Both the position numbers and the translations under genes were made by a program. Of a DNA stretch of 64,000 nt, positions 37,875 through 48,624 are shown in pieces; position 1 is the stretch's first letter; each line of letters opens with the position of its first letter. This DNA comes from a virus. Location: positions 32,001 through 96,000 of the IMG/VR virus record IMGVR_UViG_3300030085_004215; one strand, 5' to 3'. Under the pieces are notes generated by a model. The model did not search any database. It was not told the origin of the DNA and saw only the letters and a list, made by a program, of their open reading frames with translations.

Positions 37875-38256
37875 TTATATAATCTGTTATATCATACTTG
37901 GTATTTGCAAATACCAATAATACTGAATCTTCTGTTAAATATTTTTGTTCATCCCATATCATTTCTGGTATCAATAACCCTTGTTGTGGGGATTCTAATA
38001 AAAATTTCTTTCTATTTGTACCATCATCACAAGTAACTTCAATTTTACCATGAACACATATTAATAATTGCTTTGTTTTAAAATGTGAATGTTCACCCCT
38101 TACATCAGAATCTCTAACTCCATATACATAGAATACCCTACGAATAGGAAATGGCACATCTCCATTTGATTCAATCGGAACTAAATTACCATCTTGTTCT
38201 ATAATAGTTCTCATATTATAGAATAACACATCGTCTATATTTGTTTTTTTTCTCAT
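37837..38256 (-). CDS. FdtA/WxcM-like sugar 3,4-ketoisomerase (cupin)
   Basis: PFPIRRVFY, RGEHSH, QLLICVHG, DYINDY. Confidence 0.88.
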   Translation of the reverse strand: MRKKTNIDDVLFYNMRTIIEQDGNLVPIESNGDVPFPIRRVFYVYGVRDSDVRGEHSHFKTKQLLICVHGKIEVTCDDGTNRKKFLLESPQQGLLIPEMIWDEQKYLTEDSVLLVFANTKYDITDYINDYDEFKKLKTN

Positions 38257-38636
38257 TTATTTTCTGTCACCCATTCCTCTTTAAAAAATCCAACTGGTTT
38301 TCTGAACTCATCTTTTGGATTATATTTTTCTGTAAGGTAGTACATCAAAATAGAACCAGGTTCTAATGCTTTATACCCATGATAAATTCCTGGTTTCATT
38401 TCAATCACTCTTGGATTTTTATCTGATAAGTAAACAAACTCACACCCATCTTCTTCTGTTGCCATTCCTACTTTGAAAGAACCCTTCAAACAAGTCCAAT
38501 AATCGGATTGTATATCATGTTTATGCCAGGCAACAATATGTTCTGTACTATTAACATATGAAACATTTATTTGTCCGTCTATAACTTCGAATACATCTAA
38601 TAATCTTTGTGCTCTATCATCTTCATTATAGTACAT
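38253..38636 (-). CDS. RmlC-like dTDP-sugar 3,5-epimerase
   Basis: EDDR, AWHKH..Q.D, PGIYHGY, YNPKDE. Confidence 0.8.
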   Translation of the reverse strand: MYYNEDDRAQRLLDVFEVIDGQINVSYVNSTEHIVAWHKHDIQSDYWTCLKGSFKVGMATEEDGCEFVYLSDKNPRVIEMKPGIYHGYKALEPGSILMYYLTEKYNPKDEFRKPVGFFKEEWVTENK

Positions 38637-39395
38637 TTATTTACCCCCTACAAAAAATAACAACATTGAATTTTTTTCAGACCTTGGGTGTATATTACCA
38701 TTAAGACCTATTGATAATTCTTTTCTATGTTCATTCAGTTCGTTGAATTGAGTTTCAAATGCACTTGATGGTGTAAAGTATTCTATTTCATTATCCTCTA
38801 ACCAATTTAAAATTACTTGTGAATCACCTGTCCCTATAGTGGTGTTCACAAATACATCGTGAAAAATTACTGGTATTTGTTTATTAGATGTAAGTAAAGG
38901 TTCTACCAACCAATCTATTGCCCATTGGTGAAATTCAGTACTATGTATTGCATCCACAAATAATAAATCAACTTGTTTATTATTGAACAAATCATAATTT
39001 ACAGTCTGTTGGGAATCTCCTATTGTTAGTGTTCTAATTGGTGGATTATCATGTGCAAAATCATCAACTCCAGCCAATTCTCTTAAATACCTACCTGATG
39101 CCCAATTGACTGTTGAATCTTTTATATCATAAGAATATATGTGACCAAATGGTTGACCATTCTCTCTTAATGCATTTAACAACCAACTTGTTGACCAACA
39201 TGAAAGTGAACCTATCTCAACACTAATTTGTGGTTTAATATCCTTACCCAACAAGTATAATATTTCTGATTCTAAATCATCGAATTGGTGTTCACCTACA
39301 AATTTTATAAACTCTCTTTGTTTACTTCTTACTTGTTTTAAATCTGAACTATGTATCTTATACAAATCCAATATGTATTGCTTAATATTAATCAT
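38637..39395 (-). CDS. Class I SAM-dependent methyltransferase (Methyltransf_24-like)
   Basis: VEIGS, GDS, LFVDAIH, IFHD. Confidence 0.78.
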   Translation of the reverse strand: MINIKQYILDLYKIHSSDLKQVRSKQREFIKFVGEHQFDDLESEILYLLGKDIKPQISVEIGSLSCWSTSWLLNALRENGQPFGHIYSYDIKDSTVNWASGRYLRELAGVDDFAHDNPPIRTLTIGDSQQTVNYDLFNNKQVDLLFVDAIHSTEFHQWAIDWLVEPLLTSNKQIPVIFHDVFVNTTIGTGDSQVILNWLEDNEIEYFTPSSAFETQFNELNEHRKELSIGLNGNIHPRSEKNSMLLFFVGGK

Positions 39396-40579
39396 GAAAA
39401 CACCATCACTTTCGGAACATGCGTTATAAACTTACCACCATTTTCTACAAACTCCCTTTCCTTATCTGCAATTAATTCCTTGAAATTCCATGCACCTAAA
39501 AACGCGTGAGTATAATCATTTAAATTTATACTATCCCTATCAACAACTGGTATATGACTGCCAGGTGCTATCGTGTTTTGTTTTTCTGGAGTTGTATCTG
39601 TTATACATTCTATACTTGCTTCGTTGATGCCACAATAATTAAATACTGTAGTTGATTTAGAGGTTGCACCAATACTGATTATTTTACCACCACTTTCACG
39701 AATATCATAGATTAAATTAAGTAAATCTATTCGTGAATCCTCAACTCTCTTTGCAAATATTTTATATGTTTCAAAATTATCAATTCCAAAATCTTTTTCT
39801 TCCTTGATATTTTTATAATAATTTTGAGTTATAGTATTATCAGATGGTATGTTTGGTTTCTTTACATAAATTCTATTTGAACCACCATGAACAGAAAGAT
39901 TTTCAACATCAAATATCATCAGTCCATTTCTTTTTAATATGTTATCTAATGCGGTTACCGAAAATATATGTGCGTGTTCATCATAAATCTGGTCATAAGA
40001 ACCTCGTTCTAACATTTTTAATAGAGATGGGTCTTCGAAAACAAAAACTCCTTTATCACTCAATAGGTTTCGAACCGCACTAAAACAATCATCTAAATCT
40101 TGAATGTGACAAATACAATTCGCGGCATAAATTAAATCCATGCCTTCTGTAAAAGTATTTTTTATCTTATTTGATAATTCAGTATCCCAAAACTCTGTAT
40201 ATGTATTATATCCCATTTCACCAGTTATCTTAGCAAAATTATCACAAGGTTCAACACATACTGAATAATCGTTTCCAAAATTTTCTATAAATGTACCTGA
40301 ATTAGAACCTATTTCTAAAACTGTTAGTGGATTAAATCTATCAGATAATTTATTCGCGGTCTCTCTGAAATGTTTAATCATAGGAGTTGATTGTGAAGTG
40401 TTATAAACATAATTTTCATTAAACATCATTTCTGGTTTGACAAAATCTTTTAAAGACACTAAACTTGTATCCTCATCAAACACAACTTTCAAATCATACC
40501 AAAATTCATCTTCACTCCATTTCTCAACGAAGTTGTTTGCAATTGGTTGTCTACCTAAATCTAAAAACTCTTTTTTCAT
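39392..40579 (-). CDS. NDP-hexose C3-methyltransferase
   Basis: LDLGRQPIANNF, EIGSNSG, YDQIYDEH, VHGGSNR, GATSKST, PGSHIP, AWNF. Confidence 0.88.
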   Translation of the reverse strand: MKKEFLDLGRQPIANNFVEKWSEDEFWYDLKVVFDEDTSLVSLKDFVKPEMMFNENYVYNTSQSTPMIKHFRETANKLSDRFNPLTVLEIGSNSGTFIENFGNDYSVCVEPCDNFAKITGEMGYNTYTEFWDTELSNKIKNTFTEGMDLIYAANCICHIQDLDDCFSAVRNLLSDKGVFVFEDPSLLKMLERGSYDQIYDEHAHIFSVTALDNILKRNGLMIFDVENLSVHGGSNRIYVKKPNIPSDNTITQNYYKNIKEEKDFGIDNFETYKIFAKRVEDSRIDLLNLIYDIRESGGKIISIGATSKSTTVFNYCGINEASIECITDTTPEKQNTIAPGSHIPVVDRDSINLNDYTHAFLGAWNFKELIADKEREFVENGGKFITHVPKVMVFS

Positions 40580-40583
40580 TTAC

Positions 40584-41714
40584 TTACCTACTTTGTTCAT
40601 GTATTAATCTAATAGTATCAGAAATATACTTAATTTTATCATCTGATAGATTACTGGTAGAGGGTAAATATAAGCCGTTATCTCCTAACCAATCGGATAC
40701 AGGATAATCCCCACTACAATCAGCACCATACTTCTTTAAACTTGGTTGTCTATCCATTCCAGCAAAAAAGTGTCTGGTCTGTATCTTTTTATCTGATAAC
40801 TTTTTCATTAAAGTATCCCTATCAATACCAAAATCTAATTTATCTACCACTACACAATTCATCCAATAAACATTTTTACCCCATTCTTTTTCAGGTTGAA
40901 ATGTCAATCCCTCTACCCCTCTGAGATATTCCCTATACTTCTTATTATTATTTATTCTCATCTCAACATATTCATCTAACTTTTCAATTTGAGCTAAAAC
41001 TATGGCTGAAGAAATGTTTGATAATCTATAATTGTAACCTATATCATCATGTATAAAGTTTCTTGGGCCATCAAGAGAAAAACATAAGTTTTTATAATAA
41101 CGACACTTATCTGCTAACTCTTTATCATCAGTCAATACTATTCCACCCTCACCCGATGTTATTAATTTGTTTGCAAAAAAACTAAAAATAGAAATATCTC
41201 CAAAAGAACCACACTTTTTATTTTTATATTCACCACCATGTACTTCTGCTGCATCTTCAATTATTTTCAAATTATGTTTTTCAGCAATTTGTATTATGGA
41301 ATCCATATCACATGGATGGCCATAAATATGAACTGCCATTATTGCCTTTGTGCGACTTGTTATTTTCTCTTCTATTTTATTAACATCTATATTCCAAGTA
41401 TCAGATTCTGCATCAACAAATACTGGCATTGCTCCTTGATATGAAACTGCAAACGCACCATACACACCATTAAAATTTGGTACGATAACTTCATCACCCT
41501 TCTCTATTCCAAGTGCCTTCAATGCGATATGTAATGCAACAGTACCATTAGAGACTGTAATTCCGTGTTCACGATTACAATAAGAAGAAAATTGACTTTC
41601 TACTTTTGATACATATTCTCCTGCAGATGATATCCAACCAGTGTCAAATGCATCTAATAAATACTTTCTTTCGTTTCCAATTAATGTTGGTTCACATACT
41701 GGTATAAATTCCAT
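40584..41714 (-). CDS. Perosamine-synthetase-like DegT aminotransferase
   Basis: GWISS, SNGTVALH, EDAAEVHG, FSFFANKLITSGEGG, GYNYR. Confidence 0.92.
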   Translation of the reverse strand: MEFIPVCEPTLIGNERKYLLDAFDTGWISSAGEYVSKVESQFSSYCNREHGITVSNGTVALHIALKALGIEKGDEVIVPNFNGVYGAFAVSYQGAMPVFVDAESDTWNIDVNKIEEKITSRTKAIMAVHIYGHPCDMDSIIQIAEKHNLKIIEDAAEVHGGEYKNKKCGSFGDISIFSFFANKLITSGEGGIVLTDDKELADKCRYYKNLCFSLDGPRNFIHDDIGYNYRLSNISSAIVLAQIEKLDEYVEMRINNNKKYREYLRGVEGLTFQPEKEWGKNVYWMNCVVVDKLDFGIDRDTLMKKLSDKKIQTRHFFAGMDRQPSLKKYGADCSGDYPVSDWLGDNGLYLPSTSNLSDDKIKYISDTIRLIHEQSR

Positions 41715-41717
41715 CGA

Positions 41718-42131
41718 TTAACCTTTAAAATATGTTTTATCTTTTTCAACAGATACATAGGGCCCTTGTTTAATCTCAATTATTTTTGTTTCCTCTAACA
41801 TATCCCATCTATGTCCACCACTAAGAAACAAAATAACTTCACCCGTAGTAAGTTCAACTTCTTTAATATACTCATTTTCATTAGAAAAAACAGTAAATTT
41901 AACTCTACCCTTAGATACTAATGCAAACTCTTGTGTTTTATCAATCACTCGTTCATGTCTATTATGATAATGTTCTTTGACATAATCTCCACTTTTATAA
42001 AAATTTATTCCAAGTTGTAATGGACTATTATTATCAGTAAGAAAATTATATTTTTCTCCTTCAAAATCATTGTAGACTGCTATGGCCATTATTTCACCAT
42101 CTTTATCTTTTACTTCTTCAAAACCTTTAGA
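41718..42131 (-). CDS. Cupin-fold protein (WbuC-like)
   Basis: HYH, TQE, GGH, EIKQGPY. Confidence 0.75.
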   Translation of the reverse strand, partial: SKGFEEVKDKDGEIMAIAVYNDFEGEKYNFLTDNNSPLQLGINFYKSGDYVKEHYHNRHERVIDKTQEFALVSKGRVKFTVFSNENEYIKEVELTTGEVILFLSGGHRWDMLEETKIIEIKQGPYVSVEKDKTYFKG

Positions 42132-43077
42132 CATTACCAATCCCCTCATAATATTTTAAATACCATTCATAACTTTTACCTAAACCATAATCTAAATCAA
42201 ACTTAGGTTCATAACCTGTAACACTTTTTAAAAGGGTAATATCAGGACACCTTCTATCAACTGAACCCTCTGGTGGTTTTACCAACTCAACATTTGGATG
42301 ATAACCACTTATATCAAATAATTTAGTCACTAAATCTAATATTTTAGTCTCTACATCTGTACCAAGATGTAAAATTTTTCCATTACATTCATCACTATTC
42401 ATTACCAACTCCATTTGATTAATTGCATCATCAATGTAACAAAATGACCGTGTTTGATTATGACCATATATTTTAAATGGGTCTTCTTTACTATGAATTC
42501 TTTTTATCACCTGTGGTATTACATGCTCAAACCCCATCCTACCACCATAAAAATTATGTGGTCTAACAATTTTAACATCTAAATCATATTGTTTATGGTA
42601 ATTTAAACATAATAGTTCACCATATATTTTAGTACCTGCATAGGAAAATCGTGGATTAGAAACATCATCTATTGATACTACAACACTTTCATCAGTAGGT
42701 ACATTTTTATCTTTTGTAGATGCATATACCTCTGAAGATGATGTTGATAATATTTTAATATCATTCTCAACACACCAATCTAATATGTTTATATTAATTA
42801 ATGTATTTATTTTTAAAACTAAATGTGGTATTGAATAGAAATTACCAGTTCCGTTTATTGCAGCAAAATGGTAAACACAGTCATAATCTGTATCTAATTT
42901 ACTCAACTGCGACTTGTCCGTTAAATCACATTCTATAAACTTTATATGTTCTACAAAACTATCAAGAACTCCTCTTGAATTGTTATCACAAATAGTAACA
43001 TCATGGCCAGTATCATACAAATGATTTGCCATATATGAACCAATAAATCCTGTCCCACCTGTAATTAGTATTTTCAT
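42127..43077 (-). CDS. NAD-dependent epimerase/dehydratase
   Basis: TGGTGFIG, SSSEVY, YAGTK, TRSFCY. Confidence 0.9.
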   Translation of the reverse strand: MKILITGGTGFIGSYMANHLYDTGHDVTICDNNSRGVLDSFVEHIKFIECDLTDKSQLSKLDTDYDCVYHFAAINGTGNFYSIPHLVLKINTLININILDWCVENDIKILSTSSSEVYASTKDKNVPTDESVVVSIDDVSNPRFSYAGTKIYGELLCLNYHKQYDLDVKIVRPHNFYGGRMGFEHVIPQVIKRIHSKEDPFKIYGHNQTRSFCYIDDAINQMELVMNSDECNGKILHLGTDVETKILDLVTKLFDISGYHPNVELVKPPEGSVDRRCPDITLLKSVTGYEPKFDLDYGLGKSYEWYLKYYEGIGNV

Positions 43078-43646
43078 TTATCTAAATAATATTTTGAGTT
43101 TTCATCCCTAAAACCTATATCACTCAACTTGTTAAGTCCAAGTAAACTAAGCATTTCATTGAAATATTTTTCACCATTTATCACACAACTCTCATAATTT
43201 ATAAGTACATAATCTAAATTATATTTGTTTATAAATGAAAAGATAAATTTATAGGCTTCTTTTGTATTATGATAGGCCTTTTCAAGTGTTTGTGTGTGTG
43301 GTCTAAAACCCACATTAACACCTGACATTGATGTTGTATAAAAATCTCTCATGGTAACAACAACTTTAACTTGATAACCTAACTCAACTAACCTGGTATA
43401 CATCCCATCTGTATCGGGTATCCCAAATGTATCATTAACCACATAAGGATAATTATTCACATCATCCCATTTGTGTGGATATGTTCTTCTCCAAACTACT
43501 AAATCATCTGTTGGGTCTTTGAAATCGATTTCTTGTTCATGGTTTTGATTCCAAGTTCTACCACTACATCCAGCTTTTATCAGTAAATTAGTAATGAACC
43601 TCGTACACGATGATTCTGCTCCCAATACTATATAAGCCCTTTTCAT
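43074..43646 (-). CDS. Sulfotransferase-like protein
   Basis: VLGAESSCTR, MRD...S, YE. Confidence 0.5.
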   Translation of the reverse strand: MKRAYIVLGAESSCTRFITNLLIKAGCSGRTWNQNHEQEIDFKDPTDDLVVWRRTYPHKWDDVNNYPYVVNDTFGIPDTDGMYTRLVELGYQVKVVVTMRDFYTTSMSGVNVGFRPHTQTLEKAYHNTKEAYKFIFSFINKYNLDYVLINYESCVINGEKYFNEMLSLLGLNKLSDIGFRDENSKYYLDK

Positions 43647-44446
43647 TATATTTCTCTCCTCATACCATCTGGTACTTTCATAACAAACTTCTCGTTTTCT
43701 TCAACTATCGTTTTAAAAATATTCAAATCAAGTTGTAGTTTATCAACTAAATCTGCTAGACCCTTTGTATCCTTTGGTAAACAAGTACCACCGAATCCAC
43801 CAAATTCTTTATTAACATTTAAGTAATGTCCATCACCCACACAATGAAATAAAAATGCATCTTTAATCTTATCGTAATCTGCACCTAACTCTCCACAGAT
43901 TTTATAAAAACTATTTGCAAATGTAATTCTTAAAGCCTTATATGAATTACTGAAGTATTTCATCAACTCTGCCTCTATTGGTGATACTTGAACCACATGA
44001 ACTGGTAAGTGGCCATGTGTCTTTTTTATTAAATCAAATGTTTCAGTATCTTCTGCACCGATAACTAATACATTATGGTTATAAATAAAATCCTCTACTG
44101 CACTTCTCTCTCTTAAGAATTCAGGTACAAAATAAATTTTTAAATTGGTATATCTTTCTCTAAAAACTTTAGTAGTACCTGGAACCACAGTACTTTTTAT
44201 TGCAACCACACCACTATAGTTTTTCTCACTCAAATCCTTAATTACAGATTCCACTATAGATACATCACAAGAACCATCGTCAGATGATGGTGTTGGTACA
44301 CATATAAAACATACTTCAGTATTTAACACATCATCAATCTTAGTATATAATTTTACATCATGATGTGATACTTCATGACCTACCTTTTCAAAACCCTCTT
44401 TACATGCAGAACCAACTACACCTAAACCAACTATACCTAATTTCAT
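43646..44446 (-). CDS. UDP-glucose/GDP-mannose dehydrogenase family (lacks C-terminal domain)
   Basis: GLGVVG, CVPTP, KSTVVPGT, PEFLRE, AELMKY..N, GFGGTCLPKD. Confidence 0.9.
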   Translation of the reverse strand: MKLGIVGLGVVGSACKEGFEKVGHEVSHHDVKLYTKIDDVLNTEVCFICVPTPSSDDGSCDVSIVESVIKDLSEKNYSGVVAIKSTVVPGTTKVFRERYTNLKIYFVPEFLRERSAVEDFIYNHNVLVIGAEDTETFDLIKKTHGHLPVHVVQVSPIEAELMKYFSNSYKALRITFANSFYKICGELGADYDKIKDAFLFHCVGDGHYLNVNKEFGGFGGTCLPKDTKGLADLVDKLQLDLNIFKTIVEENEKFVMKVPDGMRREI

Positions 44447-45240
44447 TAAACTCCTCCTTTTTGTGATTGTCTCACTTTTATAAACTCACCTTTGTGGTGG
44501 TCGATAATACCTTCAAAATCTTTTGGTGCACCAGTTGCAACAGATAATGGCCCATTAGATACTTTTAATTTATCAACTAATGTATCGAATGTCCAACAAT
44601 CATCCCACCTCTCTTGTTCAAATACTCTACCAGATACATATTGGTCAAAGAATTCTGTTATAAATTCTCTACCCCTCTTTTCTAAATTAAAAGATATATG
44701 TGAAGTCTCAGTATGTATATTTCTATGTCTTGATAACACATCGTGTTTTTTTGCCCATCTTATATAATCAGAATCTAAATCACAACCATCTACACTATCT
44801 GAATTTTTTGGTGTCATACAAGTATCTGCATCTAAATAAATTAATAATGGAGTTTCACATAATTGTGATGCATGTAATATCGATGGAGCTTTTCTAAACC
44901 AATATATAGAATTCCTATTCCAATAATCAACTTCCCACTCTCCACTCATTTTATCACACTCGTTAAATCTTGATTCTTTTAAAAAATGTTCTGCACTTTC
45001 ATATGGTGTTTCATCCCACAACTGTGTTTCCTCAAAAATGTCATAAATATGATAAGTATCAGGTATATCTATTTCATTAAAGTTTATTGTGTTTTCTTTT
45101 TCAAAGGAGTTTTCGTGGTATAAATACCAATTGACTTTAGGATAGTATTTTTGTATTGTTTCCCATCCACCTGCATGTTTATCATAAAATAATCTTGCAG
45201 AAAATGTTGATATAAAACTTACTTCTTCATGGATTTTCAT
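44446..45240 (-). CDS. Putative glycosyltransferase (DxD)
   Basis: IYLDAD, HTET, WDDC, HHKG. Confidence 0.6.
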   Translation of the reverse strand: MKIHEEVSFISTFSARLFYDKHAGGWETIQKYYPKVNWYLYHENSFEKENTINFNEIDIPDTYHIYDIFEETQLWDETPYESAEHFLKESRFNECDKMSGEWEVDYWNRNSIYWFRKAPSILHASQLCETPLLIYLDADTCMTPKNSDSVDGCDLDSDYIRWAKKHDVLSRHRNIHTETSHISFNLEKRGREFITEFFDQYVSGRVFEQERWDDCWTFDTLVDKLKVSNGPLSVATGAPKDFEGIIDHHKGEFIKVRQSQKGGV

Positions 45241-45944
45241 AATAACTCGTGTTTTTTTAAATGTTTAATTATATTTGGATTTACAACCTTTTTAAATTTA
45301 TTCCAAGCCTTTTTTTCAGTTGGTTTGAATGAACAAACTTTTAATGGTTTTGTCGCACTTTCATATCGTAAATCAAAATGTGTCAAACCACAGTTATAAG
45401 TAGTATCGATTGAACTGAAAAGATGTTTTATTTCCTCTATCGCTCTAAGATTAACGATAACTTGTTCATCACTTGATATTGGTGTGTGTCGATTCTCTTC
45501 CATAGTTGAAACAATTGAACCCAAAAATTGTCCTGCTTCTTTTTTAACAAAAATAGAACCACAATTCCACTGTGGTGTACCAATATACTCACAACCACCA
45601 ATTAATCCATCAAACTTTGGAAAAGTAAAAAATTCATTTGGCCAACAATCCTGGTCATGTAACCAAAAATCATCATCAATTATTTCTGCGGATAGTAGTT
45701 CATGTGCACCATACCAAAAGTTATTAAATCCACTAAAATCACAAATGTTATAAAGGTGATAACTCTCTATACCTCTGTATTCAAAATCAAAATTTGTACC
45801 GATTATAATGTCTTCTTTTGTCCAACCAAGTTCTAATGACCAATCTATTTGTGCTCGAAAGTATTTAAATAATTCTTCATTCTCGTATCTCCCACCACCA
45901 TGATATGTTGTATTAATTTGTACAAATGGCATCACAAGTTTCAT
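45237..45944 (-). CDS. Putative glycosyltransferase (DxD)
   Basis: WLHDQD, WNCGSIF, DEQ, YN. Confidence 0.6.
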   Translation of the reverse strand: MKLVMPFVQINTTYHGGGRYENEELFKYFRAQIDWSLELGWTKEDIIIGTNFDFEYRGIESYHLYNICDFSGFNNFWYGAHELLSAEIIDDDFWLHDQDCWPNEFFTFPKFDGLIGGCEYIGTPQWNCGSIFVKKEAGQFLGSIVSTMEENRHTPISSDEQVIVNLRAIEEIKHLFSSIDTTYNCGLTHFDLRYESATKPLKVCSFKPTEKKAWNKFKKVVNPNIIKHLKKHELL

Positions 45945-46129
45945 TACTTTTTACTCCCTTGAATTTGTAGTACTCTTACCATCTCATCCCATCTTCTATC
46001 TCTTTCGTCCCTTCTCTTCTGTACATCTGGTCCCCATTGTTCCATAAACTCTTCGAATTTCTTTTCTAACCGTTCTACTTTCTTTTGTAAAACAGCAATT
46101 GCCAGTTCATTACTTATTTTGTTTTTCAT
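45944..46129 (-). CDS. Small coiled-coil protein
   Basis: MKNKISNELAIAVLQKKVERLE...; coupled to downstream gene. Confidence 0.55.
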   Translation of the reverse strand: MKNKISNELAIAVLQKKVERLEKKFEEFMEQWGPDVQKRRDERDRRWDEMVRVLQIQGSKK

Positions 46130-47004
46130 TTTACAACATCCTTGATGTAATCTTCTACATTTTTTGTTGCTTTCCAACCAAGTAACCTATTGGCTAAATC
46201 ATCTTCACATAGTGTTGTAGGATATTCACCATCTCTTGCAGGAATATATTTTGTTGGATAATTTTCACCAAACATCTTTGCAAGTTCATTAATAGAATAA
46301 TTAACACCCCTACCCAATTCAAATTCTTCACCACTAACCTTTGCATTATATGCATTAGGAATCAGTAAGGAATTACCACACTTTACTAATCCATCAACAA
46401 TATCCTCTACATGAGTAAAATCTCTTCTTTGTTCACCATCACCTGTAATTGTTAATTGTCTACCCTCACGATACTGTTTTTCAAAAATACCTAATACAGT
46501 CGCATAATCTCCATCTTCAAGTTGATGTTCTCCATAGACATTATAAAATCTACAAGTTGCAGTAGGAACATCAAATACTTTGTTGAATAATTTACACAAT
46601 TCCTCACCCTGCCACTTAGACCATGCATAAGGACTACCATATAACCCGTGATGTTTAGAACTTGAACCCGCATAAACTATTGGTATATCTACCAACCTTA
46701 CATACTCTAATACATTTAAAGTAGATAATAAATTATTATTTAAGTGTGGTTTTGGGTCTTTTAATGATGGTTGTATACGAGCCAATGCAGCCAGATGATA
46801 TACCACATCTATCTCATCCTTAAATATCGAATACAAATCCATATTACATAAATCTGAATCTATATAATCACACCCATCTTGTTCATTTTCTCTTTTACCA
46901 GTTGAATAATTATCAACCGATACAACCTCATGATTATCATTTAATAATCTTTTTATTAAATTGGTGCCTACAAAACCAGCACCACCAGTAACTAATACTC
47001 TCAT
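46126..47004 (-). CDS. NAD-dependent epimerase/dehydratase
   Basis: TGGAGFVG, PYAWSK, RFYNVYG, GDGEQRRDFTHV. Confidence 0.92.
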   Translation of the reverse strand: MRVLVTGGAGFVGTNLIKRLLNDNHEVVSVDNYSTGKRENEQDGCDYIDSDLCNMDLYSIFKDEIDVVYHLAALARIQPSLKDPKPHLNNNLLSTLNVLEYVRLVDIPIVYAGSSSKHHGLYGSPYAWSKWQGEELCKLFNKVFDVPTATCRFYNVYGEHQLEDGDYATVLGIFEKQYREGRQLTITGDGEQRRDFTHVEDIVDGLVKCGNSLLIPNAYNAKVSGEEFELGRGVNYSINELAKMFGENYPTKYIPARDGEYPTTLCEDDLANRLLGWKATKNVEDYIKDVVK

Positions 47005-47636
47005 CTCATTGCCTTTACATACATATTATTTTGGTTCATTTGTTTTTCAATTGTCTTTGGGTGGTATAAACTCAATTCTTCTTGTGGTGGTAAATGTGCA
47101 TATGTTTTACAACCAACTATTTGTTCATGAACTGGTCTTGACCAACGAATTTCACTGTCACGGCGAAATACTCGTGATTGATAATCAGGATAATTAATCC
47201 AACCATTTTCCGTAGTTCTCCATCCCCATGCATTTAAATGTTCTTGTGTAATACCATCAACAGTATTTATTCGAGGAACCCAAATTAAATCGACAGGATT
47301 CATATCTAAAACTTGTTTTAATTGTTGTAAAAGAATTTCATTAGGGTATTCATCTGCATCTAAATGAAAAACATAATCACCCGTACATTGTTCTATAACA
47401 AAATTCTTGTGTTTTGCAAAATCTGGATTATGACTATTTAAAGATTTTTCGTGAAAAAATATATTAGGATACTGGTCGTGAATATATTCATCAAACACTC
47501 TCCAACATTGATAATCGGAATGGTCGTCTACGATTACAATTTCATCATCTTCATCTTTATATTTAACTAATAACTTTAATAATCGTTCTATTTCTTCATG
47601 TTCATTATGAACAGTGATACCATATGAAATTTTCAT
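47001..47636 (-). CDS. Glycosyltransferase family 2
   Basis: ITVHNE, VDDHS, LDADE, PDYQ.R, VHE. Confidence 0.88.
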   Translation of the reverse strand: MKISYGITVHNEHEEIERLLKLLVKYKDEDDEIVIVDDHSDYQCWRVFDEYIHDQYPNIFFHEKSLNSHNPDFAKHKNFVIEQCTGDYVFHLDADEYPNEILLQQLKQVLDMNPVDLIWVPRINTVDGITQEHLNAWGWRTTENGWINYPDYQSRVFRRDSEIRWSRPVHEQIVGCKTYAHLPPQEELSLYHPKTIEKQMNQNNMYVKAMR

Positions 47637-48127
47637 TCCGTTTCGTCTACTCCATATTTTGCTATCATCTCTTTTGCAAATTCATCAAGAGTATCTTTAG
47701 GAATCATTTTGTATTTTAATTCAAGATATACCCTATTCTTCAGACACTTAATTCTATCATATGTTCTGAATAAATCATATTTTTTGTTTACTTCTTTTAA
47801 ATCACGATAAATTTCTTTTAATTGTGCCCTACCCACAAATTCAGGTAAATCACCTTTGATTGCATTATCATCAATCTTCAAACCACCTAACTTTTGAAAC
47901 AGAACCTCAAGTTTTGTTTGAGTGACTGGAGCAGTTATTGCAGTATCTAATTGTAACCCAACAACAAATCGTTTCACTCTCTTTGTACTTTTCTTTCTGA
48001 TTGCATGGTCAGGTGATAGAATCAATACTGTACGACGTGCACTTCTTTTTTTAGATGCAGATTTATAAATAAAATTTACAATATCACCTGGTTCAAGTTT
48101 TGTCCATGCAGTATTTCTTAATGCCAT
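47633..48127 (-). CDS. Hypothetical protein
   Basis: Coupled ORF. Confidence 0.6.
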   Translation of the reverse strand: MALRNTAWTKLEPGDIVNFIYKSASKKRSARRTVLILSPDHAIRKKSTKRVKRFVVGLQLDTAITAPVTQTKLEVLFQKLGGLKIDDNAIKGDLPEFVGRAQLKEIYRDLKEVNKKYDLFRTYDRIKCLKNRVYLELKYKMIPKDTLDEFAKEMIAKYGVDETE

Positions 48128-48129
48128 AA

Positions 48130-48624
48130 TTAATCTCTGTAATCGTCTATATGTTCATCAGTAATTATACCCATATCATAACACGCATCTACAAATTCAT
48201 GTTGTCCATATATCTTTGCATTCTCAATATCAAGTACTTCTTCGTAACCTTTATATTTAGGGTCTTTTTTTTCTAATTGAGTTAATTTTCTTATTGATGC
48301 AAATTTATAGTTCCAATTAGTAGGTGTTCCCTCTGGATAAATCATACCAAACTTACCCATATTTAAAACAGTAGGAAACCATAGTAGTTCTCTCTCCTCA
48401 TCATAAAAAGAAACTTCGTTAATTAGTTCTGTAGAGGATTTTCGTAATTGTTCAGTCTCTGGCGAATCGTGAGTGTATTGAGAGTTACTTGAAAACCCAC
48501 ACCTAAAACACATATATGAAGAAAATTCCATATTATTTTTTGAAAACTTTTCCTCAAAACAATTTTTAGATAAACAAACTGGACAAGTTATTTTAACTTC
48601 ATTTATTTCAGTTTTCATTTCCAT
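48130..48624 (-). CDS. Zinc-ribbon hypothetical protein
   Basis: CPVC...CFRCG. Confidence 0.6.
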   Translation of the reverse strand: MEMKTEINEVKITCPVCLSKNCFEEKFSKNNMEFSSYMCFRCGFSSNSQYTHDSPETEQLRKSSTELINEVSFYDEERELLWFPTVLNMGKFGMIYPEGTPTNWNYKFASIRKLTQLEKKDPKYKGYEEVLDIENAKIYGQHEFVDACYDMGIITDEHIDDYRD

